64,000 nt of DNA from Betaproteobacteria bacterium (GCA_052387375.1 JBQTJF010000082.1:2467-66466); one strand, 5' to 3'. Shown: positions 48,680 to 61,095, counted from the first letter of the stretch. The notes: generated from the sequence alone by a model not told the origin. A program made the numbers and translations.

Positions 48680-50137
48680 ATGAGGCGCTTGCCGGTCGTG
48701 CTCAACCTGGTCAGCGTGGTGACGATGATCTTTGCCGTCACCATGCTGCTGCCGCTCGGCGTCTCGCTCGCGTTGCGCGACCGCGGCGAACTCGCCCACG
48801 CCGAGGCGATCTTCTTCACCCTGCTCTCGGGCGCGTTGGTGTGGATGCTGACGCGCCGCGCGCCGCGCGATCTGCATACGCGCGACGGCTTCCTCTTCGT
48901 GACGCTGGTGTGGACCGTGCTGCCCGCCTTCGCCACCCTGCCCCTGCTCATCTACCTGCCGGGGCTGTCGTTCACGGACGCCTATTTCGAAGCCATGTCG
49001 GGCCTCACGGCGACGGGCGCCACGGTGCTCTCCGGCCTCGACGCCCTGCCCCCCTCGCTCAATTTGTGGCGCACGCAGCTGCAGTGGCTAGGCGGCATGG
49101 GCGTGATTGTGCTCGCCGTCGCCGTGCTGCCGCTGCTCGGCGTGGGCGGGCGACAGGTGCTGAAGGCCGAGACGCCGGGGCCGATGAAGGAGAAGCAGCT
49201 GACGCCGCGCATCGCCCAGACGGCCAAGGGGCTGTGGTACGTCTATGCCCTGCTCACGGCGCTCTGCGCGGGCGGCTATGCCTGGGCCGGCATGGACGGG
49301 GTGGACGCCCTGACACACGCCTTCTCCACCGTCAGCCTGGGCGGCTACTCGAGCCACGACGCCAGCTTCGCCCATTTCAACTCGCCGGCCGTCGAGCTGG
49401 TGGCGATCGTCTTCATGCTCGCTGCCGGGATCAACTTCGGCACGCATTTTCTCGCCGTGCGCGGCGCCAGCTTGCGCCCCTACGCCGCCGACCCGGAAAT
49501 GCGCGCCTTCCTCGGCGCGGTGTGCGCCGGCGTGCTGCTCGTGGCGGCCTATCTGGTCCTGCGCGGCGTGTATGCTGAGCTGCCGACGGCGCTGCGCTAC
49601 GCGGCGTTCAACGTCGTCTCGGTGGCGACGACCACCGGCTACTCGACCGCCGACTACGCGGCATGGCCCACCTTCGCCGCGCTGCTGATGCTGCTGCTTT
49701 GCACGTTCTGCACCTGCTCGCTTTCCGCCGGCGGCGGCATGAAGATGATGCGCGCGCTGCTCATGTTCCAGCAGGCGTTCCGCGAGCTCGCGCGCATGGT
49801 GCACCCGCGCGCCCTGATGCCGGTGAAGCTGGGCGGCCAGGTAGTCGACGGCCAGATCATTCTCGCGGTGCTCGCCTACATGCTGGTGTACGGGGCGACG
49901 ATGACGGCGATCACCATGCTGCTGACGGCCACCGGGCTCGATTTCATGACGGCGTTCTCCGCCAGCACTGCGACGGTCAACAACCTCGGCCCGGGCTTGG
50001 CCAACGTCGGGCCTGCCACCACCTACGCCGGCTTCAACGATTTTCAGACCTGGATCTGCACCGCGGCGATGCTGCTCGGCAGGCTCGAGCTGATCACGGT
50101 GTTCGTGCTCTTCACCCCGGCGTTCTGGCGAAAATGA
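48680..50137 (+). CDS. trkH: Trk system potassium uptake protein TrkH
   Basis: 485 aa polytopic membrane protein. TrkH/KtrB-type repeats (MSGLTATGAT, SLGGYS, TTTGYS, VNNLGPG). Confidence 0.93.
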   Translation: MRRLPVVLNLVSVVTMIFAVTMLLPLGVSLALRDRGELAHAEAIFFTLLSGALVWMLTRRAPRDLHTRDGFLFVTLVWTVLPAFATLPLLIYLPGLSFTDAYFEAMSGLTATGATVLSGLDALPPSLNLWRTQLQWLGGMGVIVLAVAVLPLLGVGGRQVLKAETPGPMKEKQLTPRIAQTAKGLWYVYALLTALCAGGYAWAGMDGVDALTHAFSTVSLGGYSSHDASFAHFNSPAVELVAIVFMLAAGINFGTHFLAVRGASLRPYAADPEMRAFLGAVCAGVLLVAAYLVLRGVYAELPTALRYAAFNVVSVATTTGYSTADYAAWPTFAALLMLLLCTFCTCSLSAGGGMKMMRALLMFQQAFRELARMVHPRALMPVKLGGQVVDGQIILAVLAYMLVYGATMTAITMLLTATGLDFMTAFSASTATVNNLGPGLANVGPATTYAGFNDFQTWICTAAMLLGRLELITVFVLFTPAFWRK

Positions 50138-50176
50138 CCGCCGCCACGAGCGTCGCGCCAGTGGCGAGCAGCGACC

Positions 50177-50278
50177 TCAGGAGCGCTTGCCGGCTTTCTT
50201 GACGCGCTGCGGCCGCTTCTTGCCGTAGCTGCCGCGGTAGATTTTGCCGCGGCGGGTGCGCTTGTCGCCTTTGCCCAT
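50177..50278 (-). CDS. 30S ribosomal protein bTHX
   Basis: Hand-trimmed 33-aa ORF MGKGDKRTRRGKIYRGSYGKKRPQRVKKAGKRS* matches the THX pattern (MGKGD.RT.RGK...G.YGK.RP) as I recall it. Confidence 0.72.
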   Translation of the reverse strand: MGKGDKRTRRGKIYRGSYGKKRPQRVKKAGKRS

Positions 50279-50286
50279 GCTGCCGA

Positions 50287-54009
<3,723 letters not shown>

Positions 54010-54013
54010 CGCT

Positions 54014-54056
54014 TCCAGAAACGAAAAGGCCCGTTCAGCTTGCGCAGAAACGGGCC
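54014..54056 (-). terminator. Intrinsic-terminator-like hairpin in the metH 5' leader
   Basis: RNA reads GGCCCGUU-(13 nt loop)-AACGGGCC followed by UUUUCGUUUCU, ending about 15 nt before the metH ATG. Confidence 0.5.
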
Positions 54057-54106
54057 TCGGCGACGCGTCTCTTTAGCGGCATTTTTCAAGCGCCCGCAAG
54101 CTGAAC
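54033..54106 (-). promoter_or_regulatory. Candidate antiterminator: perfect 12-nt inverted repeat competing with the metH leader terminator
   Basis: GUUCAGCUUGCG (from 54106-54095) is complementary to CGCAAGCUGAAC (from 54044-54033). The latter covers the terminator loop and the first 3 nt of its 3' stem arm. Confidence 0.45.
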
Positions 54107-54203
54107 ATCAAATCGGCGCCGACGCGCGGGGCGTCCGGTGCGGCAGTGGGAGTCTGCCCACAGCGCCTCTGGCTGTCAATCGCGCTGCCTATAATCCCGG
54201 CGG

Positions 54204-54638
54204 ATGAGCGAATTCCGTTCCATCGTCGCCGTTTTCCCGTGCCAGGTGCACTGGGGAGACTGCGATCCCGCCGGAATCATCTTCTACCCGACCTACTTCC
54301 GCTGGATGGACGCGGCGAGCTGGGCGTTTCTCGAGGCGGTCGGCTACGGCGCGAAGCGCATGCGCGCCGAGCACCGGGCCATGCCGCTCGTCTCGGCGGA
54401 GTGCCGTTTCCTCGCCCCGGCATCGCAGGGCGACCGCTGCGAGGTGAGGTCGCGCATGGCGCGCTTCGGCGGCAAGTCCTTCGTCGTCGCGCACGAGATC
54501 GTGCGCACCAACGACGGCGCCTCGCTCGCCGCAGGCAGCGAGGCCCGCGTCTGGGGGCGATTCGTCGAAGGGCCGGGCTCGCCCCTCAAGGGCGAGACCA
54601 TCCCCGAGTCGCTCAAGGCGCTGTTTCGCGGCGTCTAG
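54204..54638 (+). CDS. Acyl-CoA thioesterase, 4HBT/YbgC-like hotdog fold
   Basis: 144 aa. Sequence VHWGDCDPAGIIFYPTYFRWMD is typical of the 4HBT thioesterase family. Confidence 0.83.
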   Translation: MSEFRSIVAVFPCQVHWGDCDPAGIIFYPTYFRWMDAASWAFLEAVGYGAKRMRAEHRAMPLVSAECRFLAPASQGDRCEVRSRMARFGGKSFVVAHEIVRTNDGASLAAGSEARVWGRFVEGPGSPLKGETIPESLKALFRGV

Positions 54639-54647
54639 CGCCAGGCG

Positions 54648-55289
54648 CTACGCCGCGTCGGGCTGCTTCGCGGGCTGCGCGCGGTCGAAGGCTTCGAGCT
54701 TCATGCACTCGCCGAACACGCGCATGATTGTCGGGAAGCGCGTGTCGTCGAACTCGTAGCGCCGCGCGTTGAAGACTTGCGGCACGAGGCAGCAGTCGGC
54801 CATGGTCGGCGAGTCGCCGTGGCAGAACCTGCCGGAGCCGCTCGCGCCGGCGAGCGCCGCCTCGAGCCTCGCGAGACCCTCGGCGATCCAGTGCCGGTAC
54901 CACGCGCCCACCTGATCCTCATCCTGGCCCAGCTGCTTGCGCAGGTGCTGCAGCGTGCGCAGGTTGTTGAGCGGATGGATCTCGCAGGCGACGAGCTGCG
55001 CCAGCGATCGCACCCTCGCCCTCGAGAGCGCGTCCTTGGGAAGGAGCGGCGGTTGCGGGTGCGTCTCGTCGAGGTACTCGATGATGGCCATGGACTGCGC
55101 CAGGCGGCGGCCGTCGTCGAGCTCCAGCGTCGGCACCAGCGCCTGCGGGTTTACCGCGCCGTACGCCGGCTCGCGATGCTCGCCTTTCGCCAGGTGGACG
55201 AAGCGCGGCTCGTACGCCAGGCCCTTCAGGTTCAGCGCGATGCGCACACGAAAGGCGGCGGAGCTGCGAAAGTAGGTGTACAGCCTCAC
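54648..55289 (-). CDS. maiA: Maleylacetoacetate/maleylpyruvate isomerase (zeta-class GST)
   Basis: GTG at 55287-55289 overlaps the upstream stop (GTGA). 213 aa. N-terminus (V/M)RLYTYFRSSAAFRVRIALNLKG with the zeta-class SSxxxRVRIAL motif. Confidence 0.85.
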   Translation of the reverse strand: MRLYTYFRSSAAFRVRIALNLKGLAYEPRFVHLAKGEHREPAYGAVNPQALVPTLELDDGRRLAQSMAIIEYLDETHPQPPLLPKDALSRARVRSLAQLVACEIHPLNNLRTLQHLRKQLGQDEDQVGAWYRHWIAEGLARLEAALAGASGSGRFCHGDSPTMADCCLVPQVFNARRYEFDDTRFPTIMRVFGECMKLEAFDRAQPAKQPDAA

Positions 55290-55978
55290 AGCGCGGCGAG
55301 GATTCTTACCTTGAGCTCGCCCACCTTGTCGATGCCGGCGAGCAGCTCGTCGCCCGGCTTCACCGGTCCGACGCCCGCAGGCGTCCCGGAGTAGATGAGA
55401 TCGCCCGGCTCGAGCGTGTAGTACTCGGACAGATAGGCGATCTGCTCCGGCACCGACCAGATCATGTCGCCGAGGTCGGCGCGCTGCCGCTCCTTGCCGT
55501 TGACCGTGAGCCAGATCGCGCCCTTCGACGGGTGGCCGATCCTCGCCGCGGGCGCGAGCGCGCCGCACGGTGCCGACTCGTCGAAGTCCTTGCCGAAGTC
55601 CCACGGACGGCCGTGGTCCTTGCCCCACTGCTGCAGATCGCGCCGCGTCATGTCGAAGCCCACGGCGTAGCCGAAGACGTGGTCGTTCGCGCGCTTGGCA
55701 TCGATGCGCCGGCCGCCTTTGGCGATGGCGACGACGAGCTCGGTTTCGTAGTGATAGTTGGAGCTCTTCGGCGGGTAGTGCACGTTGCCGCCGCCCGGCA
55801 CCAGCGCGCCGGCGCCCTTGATGAAGAAAAACGGCTGCTCGCGGCCGTCGCCGCCCATCTCCTTCTGATGCTCGGCGTAATTGCGCCCGACGCAGAAGAT
55901 GCGCCGCACCGGGAACGCGTCGGCGCTGCCCGCCACGGGTAGCGCCGGAGGGGTCCACAGGGGAATCGCGTAGGCCAT
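55286..55978 (-). CDS. Fumarylacetoacetate hydrolase family protein (fumarylpyruvate hydrolase-like, about 230 aa class)
   Basis: Start trimmed to MAYAIPLW.... FAH-family motifs (VGRNYAEH, YETELVVAI, DMTRRDLQ, LIYSGTPAGVGPV). Confidence 0.85.
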   Translation of the reverse strand: MAYAIPLWTPPALPVAGSADAFPVRRIFCVGRNYAEHQKEMGGDGREQPFFFIKGAGALVPGGGNVHYPPKSSNYHYETELVVAIAKGGRRIDAKRANDHVFGYAVGFDMTRRDLQQWGKDHGRPWDFGKDFDESAPCGALAPAARIGHPSKGAIWLTVNGKERQRADLGDMIWSVPEQIAYLSEYYTLEPGDLIYSGTPAGVGPVKPGDELLAGIDKVGELKVRILAAL

Positions 55979-56004
55979 GCCAGATCCTCGGATAACCCGG
56001 GATT

Positions 56005-57534
56005 CTATGCCTTGCCGGCGAGCTCGCGCTCCAGCAGCTCGCGCAGCTTGTAGCGCTGCACCTTGCCGGTCGCGGTGCGAGGCAGCTCGGCGATCGCGCG
56101 CACCCACTTCGGGCGCTTGTAGCGCGGCAGCGCGCGCTCGCAGGCGGCCGCGGCCGCGCGCACCGCCTCGGCCTCGTCGCCGCGCGCGGCGACGAACAGC
56201 GCCAGGCGCTCCAGGCCGTCCTCGTCCACGACTGGTACGCACGCCACTTCGGCGACCGCCGGATCGAGCGCCGCCGCCTCCTCGAGCTCGCCGGGCTGCA
56301 CCCACTGGCCGGCGACCTTGACCAGCTCGTCGGAGCGTCCCTGGTGGACGAGGTACCCGGCGGCGTCGCGCACGAAGAGATCGCGGCTGCAGAACCAGCC
56401 GTCGCGGAACTGCGCCCGCGTCTGCTCCGGCAGATTGGCGTAGCCGCCGGCTTGCGCCGGATGGCGCACCCACAGGACTCCCGGCTGGCCGGGCTGCGGC
56501 TCGCGCTCGTGCGCGTCGCGCAGCCGGATCTCCACGCCCGCGAGCGGCAGGCCGGTGCGCACGCCGTCGGAGCTCCGCGGCGGCGTGACGATGCAGGCGC
56601 AGAAAGTCTCGGACATGCCGTAGAGGTTGAGCAGCTCGCCGCCTGCCGCCGCGCGCCACTGCTCGACGAGCTTCACCGAGAGCCGCTCGCCGGCGGCGAC
56701 GCAGCGGCGCACGGCGCCGAAGGCCGCCAGGCGCGCACGCGGTTCGGCGAGCAGCCGCCGGTAGACGGTCGGCACGCTGAACACAGCCGCCGGGCGGTGG
56801 CGCTCGACCAGCTCGACGACCGCGGCGGTGTCGGGCGAGTCGGGGCAGAGAATGGAAGTGAGGCCCTTCGCGAGCGGCGCGAGCAGCGCGTGCTCCATGC
56901 CATAGGCGAAGAACAGGCGCGAGGTGGCGAGCACCGTCTCGCCCGCTTGGAGGCCGAAAGCGTCGAATGCCTTGCCGAGATGCAGGAACACCTTATGCTC
57001 GTGGACGATGCCCTTCGGGCGGCCGGTCGTACCCGAGGAGTACAGCCCGAACGCCGGATCGTCGGGGCCGGCAACGCAGGGCGCGGCCTCGGCCGCCGCC
57101 TCCAGCCACGCGCGCCAGGCGGCCCCGGGGGGCGCCGCGTCGCCGGCGACGGCGACCCGCTTCTGCGCCGCGAGTTCCGCAGTGAGGTCCGGGCGTGCGC
57201 TCGCGAAGTGCTCCTCGACGAGCACCAGCTTCGCCTGGCTGTCGGCGAGGATGTGGCCGTAGTCGGCCTCCGGGAGCCTGCCGTTGAGCGCGATCGCCAC
57301 CGCCCCGACGTGCACAGCGCCCAGCCAGGCGGCGGCAGCCTCGGGGGTGTCGCGCATGAGCAGCAGCACGCGGTCCCGCGGCACTATGCCGTGCGCGAGA
57401 TAGGCGCCGGCCGAGCGCCTGACGCGCGCGGCGAGGGCGGCGGCGCTGACGCGCTCGTCGGCGTAGACGAGCGCTGTGCGCTCGGCGCGCCGTGCGAGCA
57501 CTGCCGCGCCGAGCAGGAGCTCCGCGCCGTTCAT
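56005..57534 (-). CDS. AMP-dependent acyl-CoA ligase (benzoate/aryl-CoA ligase-like)
   Basis: 509 aa. AMP-binding motif YSSGTTGRPKGIVH. C-terminal ...LPRTATGKVQRYKLR. Confidence 0.85.
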   Translation of the reverse strand: MNGAELLLGAAVLARRAERTALVYADERVSAAALAARVRRSAGAYLAHGIVPRDRVLLLMRDTPEAAAAWLGAVHVGAVAIALNGRLPEADYGHILADSQAKLVLVEEHFASARPDLTAELAAQKRVAVAGDAAPPGAAWRAWLEAAAEAAPCVAGPDDPAFGLYSSGTTGRPKGIVHEHKVFLHLGKAFDAFGLQAGETVLATSRLFFAYGMEHALLAPLAKGLTSILCPDSPDTAAVVELVERHRPAAVFSVPTVYRRLLAEPRARLAAFGAVRRCVAAGERLSVKLVEQWRAAAGGELLNLYGMSETFCACIVTPPRSSDGVRTGLPLAGVEIRLRDAHEREPQPGQPGVLWVRHPAQAGGYANLPEQTRAQFRDGWFCSRDLFVRDAAGYLVHQGRSDELVKVAGQWVQPGELEEAAALDPAVAEVACVPVVDEDGLERLALFVAARGDEAEAVRAAAAACERALPRYKRPKWVRAIAELPRTATGKVQRYKLRELLERELAGKA

Positions 57535-57553
57535 GCGCTACGATGGTAACCGA

Positions 57554-57572
57554 TTGTTTGGAGGCCAAACAA
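57554..57572. promoter_or_regulatory. Perfect 8-bp inverted repeat (candidate MarR operator) in the 39-bp ligase/marR divergent gap
   Basis: TTGTTTGG-AGG-CCAAACAA is read directly from the sequence. The central GGAGG doubles as the marR SD, and the repeat ends 1 nt before the marR ATG. Confidence 0.45.
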
Positions 57573-57573
57573 A

Positions 57574-58017
57574 ATGGCGCGCGGCCGCGTAGCGCTCAAG
57601 GCGCCGCTGCGGCCGGGCATCCTGCCCGGCCTGCTCGGCTACCGGCTGCGCCTGGCGCAGCAGGCGGTGTTCCGCGACTTCGCGGCGAGCGTGCCCGACG
57701 TGTCGCCGGGGCGGGTCGGCGTGCTCGTCCTCATCGAGGCGAACCCCGGCGTCACCCAGGGCCGCCTCGCGCGCGCCGTGTCGCTCGAGCGCTCGACCAT
57801 GGTGGGCGTGATCGACGCGCTCGAGTCGCGCGGGCTGGTGGAGCGGCGCCGCGGCGACGATCGGCGCACCAACGGCGTCTGGCTGACCCGCGCCGGGCGC
57901 GCGCTGCTCGGGCGTCTTAAGCGGCGCATCGGAGTGCACGAGCGGCGCATCGCCGCGCGCCTCACCGCGGCCGAGCGCCGGGCGTTGCTCGAGCTCCTGG
58001 AGAAGCTGTCGGCGTAA
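57574..58017 (+). CDS. MarR-family transcriptional regulator
   Basis: 147 aa. Winged-HTH pattern (...QGRLARAVSLERSTMVGVIDALESRGLVERRRGDDRRTNGVWLT...). Confidence 0.88.
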   Translation: MARGRVALKAPLRPGILPGLLGYRLRLAQQAVFRDFAASVPDVSPGRVGVLVLIEANPGVTQGRLARAVSLERSTMVGVIDALESRGLVERRRGDDRRTNGVWLTRAGRALLGRLKRRIGVHERRIAARLTAAERRALLELLEKLSA

Positions 58018-58043
58018 AAAAAGGGCGCCGAAGCGCCCTTCTT
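58016..58043. terminator. Bidirectional rho-independent terminator between marR and amtB (convergent)
   Basis: AAAAAAA-GGGCGC-CGAA-GCGCCC-TTCTT. On the minus strand the stem is followed by a run of seven U, which makes it stronger for the amtB operon. Confidence 0.65.
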
Positions 58044-58061
58044 AACCCTGGGTGATGCGCG

Positions 58062-59516
58062 TCAGATGCGGTAGGCCGCCTCGCCGTGTGCGGTGGTATC
58101 GAGACCCTCGCGCTCGTCTTCCTCGCTAACGCGCAGGCCGATGGTCAGGTCGACCAGCTTGTAGGCGATGAATGCCACCACGCCGGACCAGACGATGGTC
58201 GTCGCCACCGCGGTCGCCTGCGTGAGGAGCTGGCCCCAGATCGAGTAATCCTCCGAGACTTTGTTGGCTACGTAGTCGTAGATACCCGAGCCGCCGAGCG
58301 CCGGCGCAGCGAAGACACCGGTGAGCAGCGCACCGAGGATGCCGCATACGCCGTGCACGCCGAACACGTCGAGCGAGTCGTCGGCCCCGAGAAGGCGCTT
58401 TAGACCGCTCACGCCCCAGAAGCCGCCGATTCCGGCGATGAAGCCGATGACCAGCGCGCCGACCAGGCCGACGAAGCCGCACGCCGGCGTGATGGCGACT
58501 AGCCCGGCCACCGCGCCCGAAGCCGCGCCAAGCGCGGAAGCCTTGCCCCGTGTCAGTGACTCGACCAGCAGCCATGCGAGCACCGCAGCCGCGGTAGCGA
58601 CGATGGTGTTCAGGAACGCGATCGTCGCCGTGCCCGTCGCCTCCAGGTTGGAGCCGGCGTTGAAGCCGAACCAGCCTACCCAGAGCAGGCACGCGCCGAT
58701 CATCGTCAGCGGCAGGTTGTGCGGCTGCATGGATTCCTTGCCATAGCCGATGCGCTTGCCGACCAGATACGCGCCGACCAGGCCGGCGACGCCGGCGTTG
58801 ATATGCACCACCGTGCCGCCGGCGAAATCGAGCGCGCCCTTGCCCCACAACCAGCCTGCGGCGTTGGTAACCGCTTCGAGGCTCTTCGCGTCAGTGATGG
58901 CGTCGGGGCCGTCCCAGTACCACACCATGTGCGCGATCGGCGCGTACGCGAACGTGAACCAGAGCACGGCAAACACCAAAGCCGCGGAGAACTTGATGCG
59001 CTCGGCGAACGAGCCGACGACCAGGCCGCAGGTGATGGCGGCGAAGGTGAGCTGGAAGGCGACGAAGGCCAACTCGGGGATCGCCACCCCCTTCGAGAAC
59101 GTCGCCCCCAGCGAGTCGCCGGTGACGCCGGAGAGGAAGAGCTTGGAGAATCCCCCGTAGAAGGCGCCGCCTCCGGTGAAGGTGATCGAGTAGCCGTAGA
59201 TCACCCAGACCACCGCGATCAGGCAGAAGGTGACGAAGACCTGCATGAGCACCGAGAGCGTGTTCTTGGTGCGCACCATGCCGCCGTAGAAGAGCGCGAG
59301 GCCCGGGATCGTCATGAGGATGACCAGGCTCGTCGCCACCATCATCCAGGTGGTATCGCCCTTGTCGACCTTGGGCTTCGCCGGCTCCGCGGCGGCGGCC
59401 TTGACCGCCTCGGCGGCGGGCTTGTCCGGCGTCGCGGCCGGCTTGTCCTGCGCCAGCGCTGCGCCCGCGAAGGCGAGCGAGCCGAGCAGGGCGAGCAGTG
59501 CAATCAGTTTCTTCAT
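58062..59516 (-). CDS. amtB: Ammonium transporter AmtB
   Basis: Start trimmed to MKKLIALLALLGSLAFAGAALA (signal peptide). 484 aa. Conserved Amt motifs (DFAGGTVVHINAG, GVHGVCGILGAL). Confidence 0.95.
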   Translation of the reverse strand: MKKLIALLALLGSLAFAGAALAQDKPAATPDKPAAEAVKAAAAEPAKPKVDKGDTTWMMVATSLVILMTIPGLALFYGGMVRTKNTLSVLMQVFVTFCLIAVVWVIYGYSITFTGGGAFYGGFSKLFLSGVTGDSLGATFSKGVAIPELAFVAFQLTFAAITCGLVVGSFAERIKFSAALVFAVLWFTFAYAPIAHMVWYWDGPDAITDAKSLEAVTNAAGWLWGKGALDFAGGTVVHINAGVAGLVGAYLVGKRIGYGKESMQPHNLPLTMIGACLLWVGWFGFNAGSNLEATGTATIAFLNTIVATAAAVLAWLLVESLTRGKASALGAASGAVAGLVAITPACGFVGLVGALVIGFIAGIGGFWGVSGLKRLLGADDSLDVFGVHGVCGILGALLTGVFAAPALGGSGIYDYVANKVSEDYSIWGQLLTQATAVATTIVWSGVVAFIAYKLVDLTIGLRVSEEDEREGLDTTAHGEAAYRI

Positions 59517-59526
59517 CGCATTCTCC

Positions 59527-60619
<1,093 letters not shown>

Positions 60620-60663
60620 GAAATCTCCCTTGGGGTTGGTGGATGGATAGCAGCCCGACCAAT

Positions 60664-60679
60664 AGCACCTCCTGTGCCA
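60664..60679 (-). promoter_or_regulatory. Sigma-54 (-24/-12) promoter for porin-glnK-amtB
   Basis: The minus strand reads TGGCAC-AGGAG-GTGCT, against the consensus TGGCAC-N5-TTGCW. GG and GC are correctly spaced. It lies about 45 nt upstream of the porin ATG. Confidence 0.6.
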
Positions 60680-60760
60680 GGACAAAAAGCATTTCAACTC
60701 AAGTACATATCAACGCACCTGGTTGCCTGTGCACGGCAACGGGGCGAGGAAGATGACGGC

Positions 60761-60779
60761 GCGCACCGATTTAGTGCGC
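60761..60779. promoter_or_regulatory. NtrC-type upstream activator site candidate
   Basis: GCGCAC-CGATTTA-GTGCGC is a perfect 6-bp inverted repeat. Its core cGCACC-N5-aGTGCg resembles TGCACC-N5-GGTGCA. It lies about 90 bp upstream of the sigma-54 promoter. A looser GCACC...GTGCAC element is at 60715-60734. Confidence 0.4.
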
Positions 60780-60801
60780 GCGCTTGGTATAGCCTTGACC
60801 G

Positions 60802-61053
60802 ATGACCGACAGGCGATTGCTCGATGAGCTCGGCGCGCGCATCGACGAAGCCTTCCGCAGCTCGCCGGCGGCGGACGTGGAGAAGAACCTGAGAGCGCTG
60901 CTGCTCGCCTGGTTCGACCGCCTCGACCTGGTGGTGCGGGAGGACTTCGAGGTGCAGAGAAAGCTTCTCGAGCGCGCGCAGGCGAAGCTCGCGGAGCTCG
61001 AGTCGCGTATCGCCGAGATCGAATCGCGCCACAAAACCAAGCCGCCCGCGTAA
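60802..61053 (+). CDS. ubiK: UbiK/YqiC-family accessory factor (coiled-coil)
   Basis: 83 aa. Pattern ...LDLVVREDFEVQRKLLERAQAKLAELESRIAELE typical of UbiK/BMFP proteins. Confidence 0.72.
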   Translation: MTDRRLLDELGARIDEAFRSSPAADVEKNLRALLLAWFDRLDLVVREDFEVQRKLLERAQAKLAELESRIAEIESRHKTKPPA

Positions 61054-61055
61054 AC

Positions 61056-61080
61056 CGCGCCGGCCGCCCGGCGTTTCTTC
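61056..61080 (+). terminator. Rho-independent terminator candidate after ubiK
   Basis: CGCCGG-CCGC-CCGGCG followed by TTTCTTC, immediately after the ubiK stop. Confidence 0.45.
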
Positions 61081-61095
61081 AGCAGGGGGTCAAGC

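Noticed and set aside
44708-48951. 843-aa and 569-aa minus-strand ORFs (44708..47239, 47242..48951) and the 584-aa plus ORF 45235..46989
   Set aside because: They lie antisense or frame-shifted relative to the NtrY-like kinase, the NtrX-like regulator and trkA. Composition is low-complexity, with no motifs.
54010-54200. Cobalamin riboswitch upstream of metH
   Set aside because: I could not find the conserved B12-box or core motifs. B12 repression would make little sense for the B12-dependent enzyme. The class is left open, with SAH-type the more plausible candidate.
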